Program-made: the position numbers and the translations under genes
Shown: positions 24,700 to 36,043 of the stretch, one piece after another
Position numbering within the stretch: position 1 is the stretch's first letter
Layout of the letters: each line of letters opens with the position of its first letter
DNA from: Mobula hypostoma
Taxonomy: Eukaryota
Length of the DNA stretch: 64,000 nucleotides
NCBI RefSeq assembly: GCF_963921235.1
Contig: NC_086097.1
Span: 249,614,001 to 249,678,000 of the forward strand
Direction of reading: 5' to 3'
Notes under the pieces: generated by a model
The model's database searches: none
Told to the model about the DNA's origin: nothing
Seen by the model: the letters and a program-made list of their open reading frames with translations, nothing else

Positions 24700-25078
24700 A
24701 TTATACCCAGCAAACAGACTTTTTGTCCCTCTTCCCTCCGGGAGAAGGCTCAGGAGCTTGAAGACTCGTACAGCCAGATTTGGGAACAGCTTCTTTCCAA
24801 CTGTGATAAGACTGCTGAACGGATCCTGACCTGGATCTGGGCCGTACCCTCCAAATATCCGGACCTGCCTCTCGGTTTTTTTGCAGTACCTTACTTTCCA
24901 TTTTGCTATTTCCTATGATTTATAATTTAAATTTTTAATATTTACTAATTTTAACTATTTTTAATATTTTTAATATTTAATATTTGTAATCCAGGGAGTG
25001 TGAAGTGCAGAATCAAATATCGCTGTGATGATTGTACGTTCTAGTACTAATTGTTTGGTGACAATAAAGTATAAAGTA
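24700..25078 (+). mobile_element. Rex1/Babar LINE 3' tail
   Basis: LLPPGRRLRSLKTRT...NSFFPTVIRLLN followed by a gacaataaagtataaagt tail. Confidence 0.75.
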
Positions 25079-25134
25079 TTCTAGATTACCTCACCAATTG
25101 CTTCTATATTGAAACATAACCTCAGTATTATTTA

Positions 25135-25278
25135 AAAACGCAAACAACAGGAATTCTGCAGATGCTGGAAATTCAAGCAACACACATAAAAGTTGCTGGT
25201 GAACGCAGCAGGCCAGGCGCCTCTTCCTAGAGGTGCTGCCTGGCCTGCAGCATTCACCAGCAACTTTTATGTGTGTTG
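25135..25278. mobile_element. Minimal fold-back Penelope pLTR insertion (144 bp)
   Basis: Inverted pLTR ends with a 14-bp TSD ctcagtattattta (25121-25134 and 25279-25292). Confidence 0.88.
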
Positions 25279-25479
25279 CTCAGTATTATTTACTTTTTTT
25301 AAATTTATTTGCACTGTTTCTCTTCTTTTGCACTTTGGTTGCCTGTCAGTTTGTTTCTGTGTAGTTTTTCATTGCTTCTTTTGTATTTCTCTGTTCTACT
25401 GTGAACACCTGCAAAAAATTTAATCTGAAGGTATACTTAATTTGATATTTACTTTGAACCCCCCCTACTTTTCTATATA

Positions 25480-28400
25480 GTTCCTCCAGCAATAAAAAGC
25501 ATTCTGCTAGTGTTCTTCCTTACATCCCACTATTTGCTCCTCCACCAATCTTCATATCATCTGCAAACTTGGCAACAAAGCCATCATCTAAATCACTGAA
25601 ATACAGCATAAAAAGAAGTGGTCCCAACACCGACCCCTGTAGAACACTACTAGTCACTGGCAGCCAGCCAGAAAAGGATCCTTTTATTCCCACTTGCCGC
25701 CTCCTGCCAACCAGCCAACGATCCAACCGTGCTAGTAGTTTTCTTGTAATACCATGGGCTCTTAACTTGGTAAACAGCCTCATGTGTGGCACCTTGTCAA
25801 AGACCTTCTGAAAGTCCAAATATACAACATCCACTGCATCCCCTTTATCTATCCCACTTGTAATCTCCTCAAAAAATTCCAACCGGTTCGTCAGGCAAGA
25901 TTTTCCCTTAAGGTAACCATGCTGACTTTGTCCTATCTAGTCTTGTGTCGCCAAGCACTGCATAATCTCATCCTTAACAATTGACTCCAACATCTTCCCA
26001 ACCACTGAAGTCAGGCTAATCAGTACAATTTCCTTTCTGCTGCCTTCCTCCTTGCTTAAAGAGTGGAGTGACATTTGCAATTTTCCAGTCGTCTGGCACC
26101 ATGCCAGAGTCCAATGATTTTTGAAAGATCATTATTAACGCTTCTACAATCTCCAATGCTACCTCTTTCAGAACCCTAGGGTGCAGTTCATCTGGTCCGG
26201 GTAACTTATGTACCCTCAGGTATTTCAGCTTTTTGAGCACATTCTCCCTTGTAATAATAACTGCACTCACTTCTCGTCCCTCACACCCTTCAACATCTGG
26301 CATACTGTTATTGTCTTCCACAGCAAAGACTGATGCAAAACACTCATTTAGTTCATCTGCCATCTCCTTGTCCCCCATTATTATTTATCCAGCCTTATTT
26401 TCTAGCAGCCCTATATCCACTCTTATCTCTCTTCTATTTTTTACACACTTGAAAAAGATTTTATTGTCAACTTTGATATTGTTTGCTAGCTTGCTTTCAT
26501 ATTTCAGCTATTCCCTAATGACTCTTTTAGTTGCTCTCTGTAGGTTTTGAAAAGCTTCTCAATCCTCCATCTTCCCACTAATTTTTGCTTTGCTGTATGT
26601 CCTCTCTTTTGCTTTTACATTAGCTTTGACTTCCCTTGTCACCCCAGTTGTACTATTTTGCCATTTGAATATTTCTTTGTTATTAATATAACATAGAATA
26701 GTACAGCACAGTACAGGCCCTTCGGCCCACAATGTTGTGCCGACCCTCAAACCCTGCCTCCCATATAACCCCACCTTAAATTCCTCCATATACCTGTCTA
26801 GTAGTCTCTTAAACTTCACTTTGTTTTTGAAATACATCTATCCTGCACCTTCCTCACTTTTCCCAGAAACTCAATCCATTGTTGCTCTGCTGTCATCCCT
26901 GCCAGCATCTCCTTCCAATTTACTTTGGCCAACTCCTCTCTCATACCACTGTAATTTCCTTTACTCTACTGAAATACTGCTATGTCAGACTTTACTTTCT
27001 CACTATAAAATTTCATGTTGAACCCAATCATATTGTGATCAATACCTCCTAAGGGTTCTTTTACCTTAAGCTCTCTAATCACATCCGGTTTATGACATAA
27101 CACCCAATCCAATATAGCTGATCCCCAGTAGGCTCAATGACAAATTGCTTTAAAAAGCCATTTCGTAGGTATTCAACAAACTTATTCTCTTGAGATCCAT
27201 TACCAAGCTGACCTTCCCAATCGATCTACATGTTAAAGTCTCCCATGACTATCATAACATTGCCCTTTTGACACGCCTTTTCTATTTCCCTTTGTAATCT
27301 GTGGTCCACCTCCTAGCTACTGTTGGGAGGCCTGTATATAACTGCCATTAGGGTCCTTTTACCCTTGCAGTTCCTTAACTCAACCCACCAGGATTCAATG
27401 TCTTCCAATCCTATGTCACATCTTTCCACTGATTTGATGCCATTCTTTACCAACAGAGCCACGTCACCCATTCTGCCTACCTTCCTATCCCTCCGATACA
27501 ATGTGTAACCTTGGACATTCAGCTCCCAGCTACAACCATCCTTCAGCCATGATTCAGTGATGGCCACAACATCCTACCTGGCAATCTGTAATAGTGCAAC
27601 AAGATCATCCACCTTATTTCTTATACTCTGTGCATTGAGATATAACACTTTGAATACTTTCTTGATTCTGCATCTCTAATGCTCTGATACTCACCCTGCT
27701 GGCTGCAATTACATCCCGTCACCTGCCTGCCCTTCCTGACAGTCTGAATGCATGCTATCTTTGCTTTTTTACCATCCGTCCTATCCCGAGTCCCTTCACT
27801 ACAGTTCCCAACCCCCAACCAAATTAGTTTAAACCCTCGCCAACAGCTCTCACAAACCTGCCCACAAGAATATCAGTCCCCCTCGGGTTCAGGTGCAACA
27901 TGTCCTTTTTGTACAGGTCATACCTCCCATGCGACAGCGGCCACACCGCGGGCAACGGCTTCGACAAGCCGGCTAAACCAGGTGAGGGTAGCCGACGGGT
28001 CTCAAACCCTCGGTGAGATAGGGAGTTGTCTATCCCAGCATGTGAAGACAGACTCCGGCGGATTGAGCGGACGAGACCCATGGAAGGTCCAACGGTCAAG
28101 AAGGCGGTCTCTGCAAGCGTGGTGGAACGTGTAGAGCAGGACAAGACACAGAAGACGTCCTGGTCATCCACTGCGCCTAGTCCCATCTCCAGCCGTCTCG
28201 ACTCTGTCTTGCCACTGGATCCAGATGGGAATTGGGAAGAGAGAGTGAGGCTGATGCTGCGCAACTCTCCCTCACTTAAATCCAAATCACGCGCTAGTCT
28301 CGATACCATCATCATCATAATGGTGTCGAGGTCCTTCCTCATTGACGTCGACGATGAGCAAACACATACCTCCCCCAGAAGAGATCCCAATAATCTAAGA

Positions 28401-28810
28401 ACCTGAAGCCCTGCCCTCTGCACCAGCTTCTCAGCCATGCATTTATCTGCCAAATTATCCTGTTTCTACCCTCACTGGTGTGCGGCACAGGTAGCAATCC
28501 AGAAATTACTACCCTGGTGGTCCTGCTTCTCAGCTTTCTGCCTAGCTCTCTGAATTCTCTCTTTAGAATCTCTTTGCTTTTCCTCCCTATGTCACTGATA
28601 CCAACACGTACCAAGTCACCTGGCGGCTTTCCCTCCCCCTCCCCCTCCAAAATGCTGTGGACACGATCCGAGGCATCCCTGACTCTGGCACCTAGGAGGC
28701 AACATACTATCCGGGTGCCCTGCTCACGTCCACAGAATCTCCTGTCTGCTCCTCTGACTACTGAGTCCCCTATCGTTACTGCTCCCCTCTTCTCCCCTTT
28801 TCCCTTCTGC
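25480..28810 (-). mobile_element. CR1 LINE (esterase ORF1, APE, RT; degenerate) with nested insertions
   Basis: Peptides TIGDSVVRG, AITESWL, GPDELHPRVLKE, YLDFQKVFDKVPH, QGSVLGP and KFADD. Confidence 0.93.
27929..28364 (+). mobile_element. Young RTE-type non-autonomous retroelement (436 bp) with a partial HDV-like ribozyme at its 5' end
   Basis: 10-bp TSD catacctccc (27919-27928 and 28365-28374). CpG-rich. 3' stem-loop at 28299-28330. GGGCAAC-hairpin-GCTAA motif. Confidence 0.75.
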
Positions 28811-29024
28811 ATCACATACTCGTGCAAAAATATTTCGGCATGGACTAGATGGTCTTTTTCTGTGTTGTAATGCTCTATGACCCTTTATATGCTCTTTAGT
28901 TACACCACATATCACTTCTCAAAAGAAGTGCAATCAATGTGTCAATCTCCTTTGCACAAAACGATGTCGACTTAGCCTAACAACTTTTAATATTTCTAAT
29001 GGCCCTGTTTTACTGGCAATTTCA

Positions 29025-29318
29025 GGGCACCACAGTAGCACAGCAGTTAGTGCAATGTTATTATAGCTCGGGGGCATCAGACTTTGTTCATTGCTGGCAT
29101 CCTCTGCAAGGAGTCTTTCTACGTTCTCCAAATGGAATGCATGGGTTTTCTCCGAGTGCTTCGGTTTCCTCCCACGGTCCAAAGATGTACCAGGTAGGTT
29201 AACTGGCCATTGTAAATTGTCCCATGATTACATTGGGATGAAATCGGGGTTGTCTGGCGTTGCTGGGTGGTACGGTTCGAAGGGCTGTAAGGATCTATTC
29301 TGCGCTGTACCTCTAAAT
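29025..29318 (+). mobile_element. V-domain SINE (HE1-like)
   Basis: gggcaccacagtagcacagcagttagtg head and V-domain atgggttttctccgagtgcttcggtttcctcccac. Confidence 0.8.
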
Positions 29319-29397
29319 CAGGGGCTCTGAACCCGGGTTCCACAGATCCTTTGGTTAATGGTCTGAGTCCAAGGGATAAAAAGGTTAGGAACCCCTG
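29319..29397. mobile_element. hAT-type MITE (79 bp)
   Basis: CAGGGG...CCCCTG termini with an 8-bp TSD ctctaaat (29311-29318 and 29398-29405). Confidence 0.85.
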
Positions 29398-29999
29398 CTC
29401 TAAATAAAACAAATCTTTTTTTTTGCATCCCTTTCTCTGCAACACATTTAGCCAACTTGGCTGTAGCTTCCCACTTCTGCTCTTTTTTTAAAAAAATCGA
29501 GGAGCTAGTCTCTATTCTCCAAACCAATGGAACCTTAATAAATTCTAGAACATTAAACTCAATGTATCAGCAATCTACAAGCTCTGGATTTCCAGCAGCT
29601 GCAGAACCTTTTGTGTTAACAATCTACAAACCAATTCTTTCAAGATCCTAGAATTTGCAATGTTACTCGTATCCAGAAATGTGAAAACTGAGGCAACAGA
29701 CCTATTGTTCCTGTTAAAAAATTGCTCCCAAACATTGTATTCCCAAAATCAATTTGGACTTTTGGGGGGAAAAGTATTTTTCCACTGTTTTCTTGATGTT
29801 CCATGCCTAAACATTGTGAGACTCTGCAATGAGGCAACTGCAGAGAAACATAATGGCATGCAAATCCCAGGACAACCATCTGCACAGGGAATAATTCCTC
29901 CTTCTGGCTCTACCTAGCCCTACAATTCTTGAAACAGCTTTCCCTTATTTCATTTAAAAATTCCTAGGATAGAGAAAGTGGCACAACAGCAGCTATATC

Positions 30000-30512
30000 T
30001 CTTAGAGAGTTGGGCAGATTTGGTATGTCACCAAAGACACTCACAAATTTCTACTGATGTACCGTGGAGAGCAATTTAGCTGGCTGTACCACCGTCTGGT
30101 ATGGGGCAGGGGTGGCTACTGCAGAGGATTGAAAGAGGCTGCAGAGAATTGTAAACTCCGTCAACTTCATCATGGCCACCAGCCTCCATAGCATCCAGGA
30201 CATCTTCAAGGAGCGATGCTTGACAAAGGAGGCATCCATCACGAAGGACCCCCCCCCCACCCCATTACCCAAGACATGCCCTCTTCTCATTGCTACCATC
30301 AGGAGGGAGGTAGAGGTGCCTGAAGGAGAGGCTGTCCCCTTCCCAGTATTTCAACCTCTGGAGTATCTGCTCCACTCCCCCCTAGGATCCCAAGCACAGT
30401 GAGATACACACATACATACACATGCATACAGTAATTCACAGATTTATTATGTATTGCATTGTACTGCTTGCACAGTAACAACATATACTGGTGATATTAA
30501 ACCTGATTCTGA
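30000..30512 (+). mobile_element. Rex1/Babar 3' fragments
   Basis: TSLHSIQDIFKERCLTKEASITKDP and a taaacctgattctga tail. Confidence 0.75.
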
Positions 30513-30529
30513 GATCATCTGTCCACTGT

Positions 30530-31190
30530 AAAGACAAAGGAGCAGAAGTCAGCCATTCGGCCCATCCAGTCTGCTCCGCCATTTTATCATGAGCTGATCC
30601 ATTCTCCCATTTAGTCCCACTCCCCCGCCTTCTCACCTTAACCTTTGATGCCCTGGCTACTCAGATACCTATCAATCTCTGCCTTAAATACACCCAATGA
30701 CTTGGCCTCCACTGCTGCCTGTGGCAACAAATTCCATAGATCCACCACCCTCCAACTAAAAAAATTTCTCGCATTTCTGTTCTGAATGGGCGCCCTTCAA
30801 TCTTTAAGTCATGCCCTCTTGTACTAGACTCCCCCATCATGGGAAACAACTTTACCACATCCACTCTGTGAATGCCTTCCAACATTCGAAATGTTTCTTT
30901 GAGGTCTCCCCTCATTCTTCTAAACTCCAAGGAATACAGTCCAAGAGCGGACAAACGTTCCTCATATGTTAACCCTCTCATTCCCGGAATCAATCTAGTG
31001 AATCTTCTCTGTACCCTCTCCGTCAGCACATCCTTTCTTAAATAAGGAGACCAAAACTGCCCACAGTACTCCAAGTGGGGTCTCACCAGCACCTTATAGA
31101 GCCTCATCATCACATCACTGCTCCTATACTCTATTCCTCTGGAAATGAATGCCAACACTGCATTCGCCTTCTTCACTACTGACTCAACCT
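30530..31190 (-). mobile_element. CR1 3' fragment
   Basis: ORF 30661..31176 KKANAVLAFISRGIEY...LVRPHLEYCGQFWSP. Confidence 0.92.
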
Positions 31191-31559
31191 CGAGGTTATG
31201 ATGAGATCAAGGGTGTGATGAGATCAAGGGGATGGAGGTTATTGGAGGGCGGGCAGATAAAGACTTGCTTGGGGTTAAAAGTAGATATACAGTTATGCCA
31301 TTTGGCCCGTTATCTCTATGCAAGCCATCACAGTCGTCTAGACTGATCCCACCCATCTGCATTAATTCCATGTGTCCCTGTGTCCTGCTCGTTCGTAATT
31401 AAGAACACCCGAGCCTGATACTTGAAGATGACAACTTGAAATGACTGACTTCAGGATCGAGGAGTTATAGAATGGGGCATGCAAAAAGTTAGCCTTTAGC
31501 ACATCAGATGGGGCAATGGTACAAAGAAGAGCAGTAAGGAGACACACAGGAAGAAATAC

Positions 31560-31885
31560 GGGGGTGAGGAGGGGATGCGGATGGGGGCAAAGCCGGCGTT
31601 ACCCTCCAATTCTCCGCTCCTCCTCACTGAGGTCTTTCCTCCCCTCTCGTCCCCGACCTCTATTCACTGCGGGCGCCGTGTGTTCCTCGGCAGTCCGCCA
31701 GAAGTACCAGAGCTCCCCGGCCCGGAGGCCTCCTACCTGCTGGAGCGGTGACGGCCACTCTCCCGCTCCCACCGGCAGATCCCCCTCTCCCCGGCTCCAG
31801 CACAAACTTTGCGGGCGGCGGTGCAACGTCACCACGTAACACTCGCGCAGCGCGTCTGCGCTCGACTGCTTTCGTCATCACGCAG
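31560..31885 (-). promoter_or_regulatory. CpG-island promoter and probable non-coding first exon of a minus-strand host gene
   Basis: The only non-TE CpG-dense stretch in the window. GC box at 31813-31818. CRE-like TGACG half-sites at 31826-31831 and 31873-31880 (minus). Donors CAG|gtagga (exon end 31737) and AGG|gtaacg (exon end 31603). Confidence 0.7.
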
Positions 31886-31899
31886 AATCAATCAACCTC

Positions 31900-33030
31900 T
31901 TCTCCCTACCTCCCCACCCACCTCCTGTCATTCCCCCTCCACTCCCCCTCCCTCCCTCCCCTCTCCCCTCTCCCCTCTCCCCTCTCCCTCCCTCCCCTCT
32001 CCCCTCTCCCCCCTCCCCTCTCCCCCCTCCCCTCTCCCCTCTCCCCTCTCCCCTCTCCCTCCCTCCCCTCTCCCTCCCTCCCCTCTCCCCTCTCCCCCCT
32101 CCCCTCTCCCCTCTCCCCCCTCCCCTCTCCCCTCTCCCCCCCTCCCCTCTCCCCTCTCCCTCCCTCCCCTCTCCCCTCTCCCCTCTCCCCTCTCCCTCCC
32201 CTCTCCCCTCTCCCCTCTCCCTCCCCTCCCCTCTCCCCTCTCCCTCCCTCCCCTCTCCCCTCTCCCCTCCTCTCATTCCCCCTCCACCTCCTTCCTTTCC
32301 AACCGTCTCCTGCCCCCCTCTCCCTCCCCACCCACCTCCTGTCATTCCCCCTCCACTCCCCTCTCCCTCCCTCCCCTTCCTCCCCTTTCCCCTCCTCTCA
32401 TTCCCCCTTCCTTTCCAACCATCTCCTGCCCCCTCTCCCTTCACCCCCACCTCCTTCATTCCCCCTCCACTCCCTTCCTTTCCAACCATCTCCTGTCCTT
32501 CCCCTCTCCCTCCCTCCCCACCCACCTCCTGTCATTCCCCCTCCACTCCCTTCCTTTCCAACCGTCTCCCTCCCCTCCCACCTCCTGTCATTCCCCCTCC
32601 ACTCCCCTCTCCCTCCCTCCCCTTCCTCCCCTCTCCTCTCATTCCCCCTCCACATCCTTCCTTTCCAACCGTCTCCTGCCCCCGTCTCCCTCCCCTCCCA
32701 CCTCCTTCATTCCCCCTCCACTCCCTTCCTTTCCAACCATCTCCTGTCCTTCCCCTCTCCCTCCCTCCCCACCCACCTCCTGTCATTCCCCCTCCACTCC
32801 CTTCCTTTCCAACCGTCTCCTGTCTCTCCCCTCTCCCTCCCTTCTCCCCCCTCCTCCTTCTCCCCTTTCTCCCCTTCCCTTCTCCTTCTCTCCTAATCCC
32901 CCTATTTCTCCAACCTCCCCCTCTTTCCAACATCCCACCTTTCTCCAAACTCCCTCCCACCACTCTCCAACCCCCAGCCTCTCTCCAACCACTCTCCAGC
33001 CTCTCTCCCACCTCTCTCCAAGCTCCAACC
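31900..33030. repeat. Polypyrimidine/polypurine low-complexity tract with minisatellite-like units
   Basis: (CCCCTCT)n-like core followed by repeated cacctcctgtcattccccctccactccc and ttcctttccaacc units. Very few G on the + strand. Confidence 0.95.
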
Positions 33031-33049
33031 TCTTGCAAGAGCATCAGGA

Positions 33050-33610
33050 CTAGGGCTGCCAGATTGGGCAGCAGCTTCTTCCCTCAGGCTGTGAGACTAA
33101 CGAATGCCCTGTCACCACAGAGGTCTCGTTACTAGGACAGCGAGCTTTTTGCTGTTTACTGTTTACCTGTGCTGCGCACTTCACGTGTATTTTGAATTAG
33201 ATTTTAACTTATTTGTGGTAGTGTTTTATGTGCAGTCACACAGATATATGTTTTGTGGGTGCACTGTAGTCCAGAGAATGGCTGTATAGTCAGACGAAAA
33301 TAAACACAAACTTGAACTTGCAGAAGTATATCTTTGCACAGATGCTATGAAGAGCTTTCCTTACAGCAGGTGCAACACAGGTACATAAGCAATATGGGGC
33401 TGCACAGTAAAGTAGCAGTTAGTCTGTAAGGAGTTTTAACTTTCTCCCCATCGCCGTGTGGGCTTCCTTTGAGTGCTCCGGTTTCCTTCCACCGGTTGGT
33501 AGGATAATTGACCATTGTAAATTGTCCTGTGATGATGCTGGGAAGAAATCAGGGGATCTCTGCATGGTGTGGCTGGAAGGACCATGCTGTATCTTAATAA
33601 ATAAATAAAT
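33050..33610 (+). mobile_element. Rex1-like 3' tail followed by a V-SINE
   Basis: SSFFPQAVRL motif with an aacttgaacttg tail, then V-domain tgctccggtttccttcc. Confidence 0.65.
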
Positions 33611-34053
33611 ATTCACAGGTAACATAAATTATACTTAACGTTTACAAGGAAGAGCACAATCAGAACAGAACTAGTCCATTTCATTGCAAAGTGATCAAAC
33701 TAGCCTTAGTATCACTAAACTTTATTGATTAGGGATTTGCCAGTTGCTTGAAGGGAAATTGCTATCCTTAACTGTGTGGTGTGGGACCTCAGGCCTCTGT
33801 AGCTCCTGACCAGTCAGGAATGTTCACACCGTGACCCTGTTAATCCAAAAGGAGACTAATCCTGACATTATGTGCCAGACCAAGTGATCCAGTGGGTGGT
33901 AAAAGGATAAACCCTCTGCCCACTGGAAATCATGAAAATCGTTAGCCACAACATCGAAGGCTTCAGCCACAGTAAAGCAGAAATCCTGGGAAACTTAAAA
34001 CTGGACATCTCGTGCATGCAAGAAACTCATAGGCTGAACAACCGACCCTATGT

Positions 34054-34895
34054 CATAGTCATAGTCATACTTTATTAATCCCGGGGGGAAATTGGTTTTC
34101 ATTACAGATGCACCATAAATAATAAATAGTAATAGAACCATAAATAGTTAAATAGTAATATGTAAATTATGCCAGTAAATTATGAAATAAGTCCAGGACC
34201 AGCCTATCGGCTCAGGGTGTCTGACCCTCCAAGGGAGGAGTTGTGAAGTTTGATGGCCACAGGCAGGAATGACTTCCTATGACGCTCTGTGCTGCATCTC
34301 GGAGGAATGAGTCTCTGGCTGAATGTACTCCTGTGCCCACCCAGTACATTAGGTAGTGGATGGGAGACATTGTCCAAGATGGCATGCAACTTGGACAGCA
34401 TCCTCTTTTCAGACACCACCGTCAGAGAGTCCAGTTCCATCCCCACAACATCACTGGCCTTACGAATGAGTTTGTTGATTCTGTTGGTGTCTGCTACCCT
34501 CAGCCTGCTGCCCCAGCACACAACAGCAAACATGATAGCACTGGCCACCACAGACTCGTAGAACATCCTCAGCATTGTCCGGCAGATGTTAAAGGACCTC
34601 AGTCTCCTCAGGAAATAGAGACGGCTCTGACCCTTCTTGTAGATAGCCTCAGTGTTCTTAGACCAGTCCAGTTTATTGTCAATTCGTATCCCCAGGTATT
34701 TGTAATCCTCCACCATGTCCACACTGACCCCCTGGATGGAAACAGGGGTCACCGGTACCTTAGCTCTCCTCAGGTCTACCACCAGCTCCTTAGTCTTTTT
34801 CACATTAAGCTGCAGATAATTCTGCTCACACCATGTGACAAAGTTTCCTACCGTAGCCCTGTACTCAGCCTCATCTCCCTTGCTGATGCATCCAA
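34054..34895 (-). mobile_element. Rex1/Babar LINE 3' fragment (young), inserted in Vingi
   Basis: ORF 34204..35001 has YKYLGIRIDNKLDW...KKGQSRLYFLRRLRSF. (GACTAT)n tail. TSD ctatgt (34048-34053 and 34896-34901). Confidence 0.9.
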
Positions 34896-36043
34896 CTATG
34901 TGCCAGGAATGCACTTGGCTATTGACACCCCGAGCCAAGCTTGTAGAAGGGCAATGTTTGTAAAAGATAAATCTATAGTAATGAGCACAGCAAACATCCA
35001 AGCTGGCTCAATGGAACTTCTGAAAGTTGAAACAAAACACATAAGTATCATCTCGGTCTACAAATCCCCTAATGAATCATTCATGTGGCCACCTAACCTA
35101 GATCTCCAGGACAAAATGTACCTCATTATTGGTGACTTTAATAGCCATAGCACCAAATGGGGATATGAAGATGATGATGTAAATGGAGAAGTTGTACCAT
35201 GGGCTCTAAACAACAGCCTTGAGTGAGTCAAAGAACACCCCTACCTTCACAAGTGCCAGATGGAGCAAAGGATACAACCCAGACCTTGCCTTTGTTACCT
35301 CGGCAAGCTCCAACCTCTTCGCACGAACAGTCCTCCAACATATACCCAAATCCCAACACTGTCCTGTCGAGGTAGAATCCCTTGCCGCTCTGAGACCTGT
35401 ACCATCAAAGTACCAACCAAGACTTAACCCGAGAAAAGCGAATTGGACATCTTTCACAGAATCCCTTAATCAACTTATCGATACTATACCAACAGAACCT
35501 GATCGTTCTGATGAAATTATCTGACTAATTTGGAAAGCAGCGCAGCAGAACATACCTCGAGGCTACAGAACCAAATATATTCAGGGATTGACTCGTGATA
35601 TCAAGCAAAGTTATGATGAGTATGTCAACTTATACTATCAAGATACAATTGAAATGGGAGAGTCAGTTCCGTCCCTACTGAGCCAAAAGAGACAACAGCG
35701 TTGGCAGCAACTGATAGAAAACACAGACATGTCCAAGAACAGTAAGAAGGCATGGGCAACCGTTCAGAAACTCAACTCAGACAATAGACCACCACAGAGA
35801 ATTGCTGTTGTAACACCCAATCAGGTTGCCCACCAACTAATACTAAATGGTCGACCAAATAACAAGGAATGGAGGCAAAAGAAAAAGCAACATCAGGAGA
35901 TGGAATCAGCTCTCTCAAACGGGAGTAACAACTTCTCACCTCTCACCCTAGAAGAATTAAAGGATGAAGTATCACAGCTAAAATCCACCAAAGCTGCTGG
36001 CATAGATGGGATTCTTAATGAATTCCTTAAACATCTTGGACCT

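Noticed and set aside
31748..33053. Long Pro/Ser/Leu-rich and Gly/Arg/Glu-rich ORFs (up to 414 aa)
   Set aside because: They are by-products of a C/T low-complexity tract that lacks stop codons in most frames.
33849..33870. 2A-like peptide (ETNPD) upstream of the Vingi ORF
   Set aside because: It lacks the NPG-P signature, and the SINE copy also reads TNPD.
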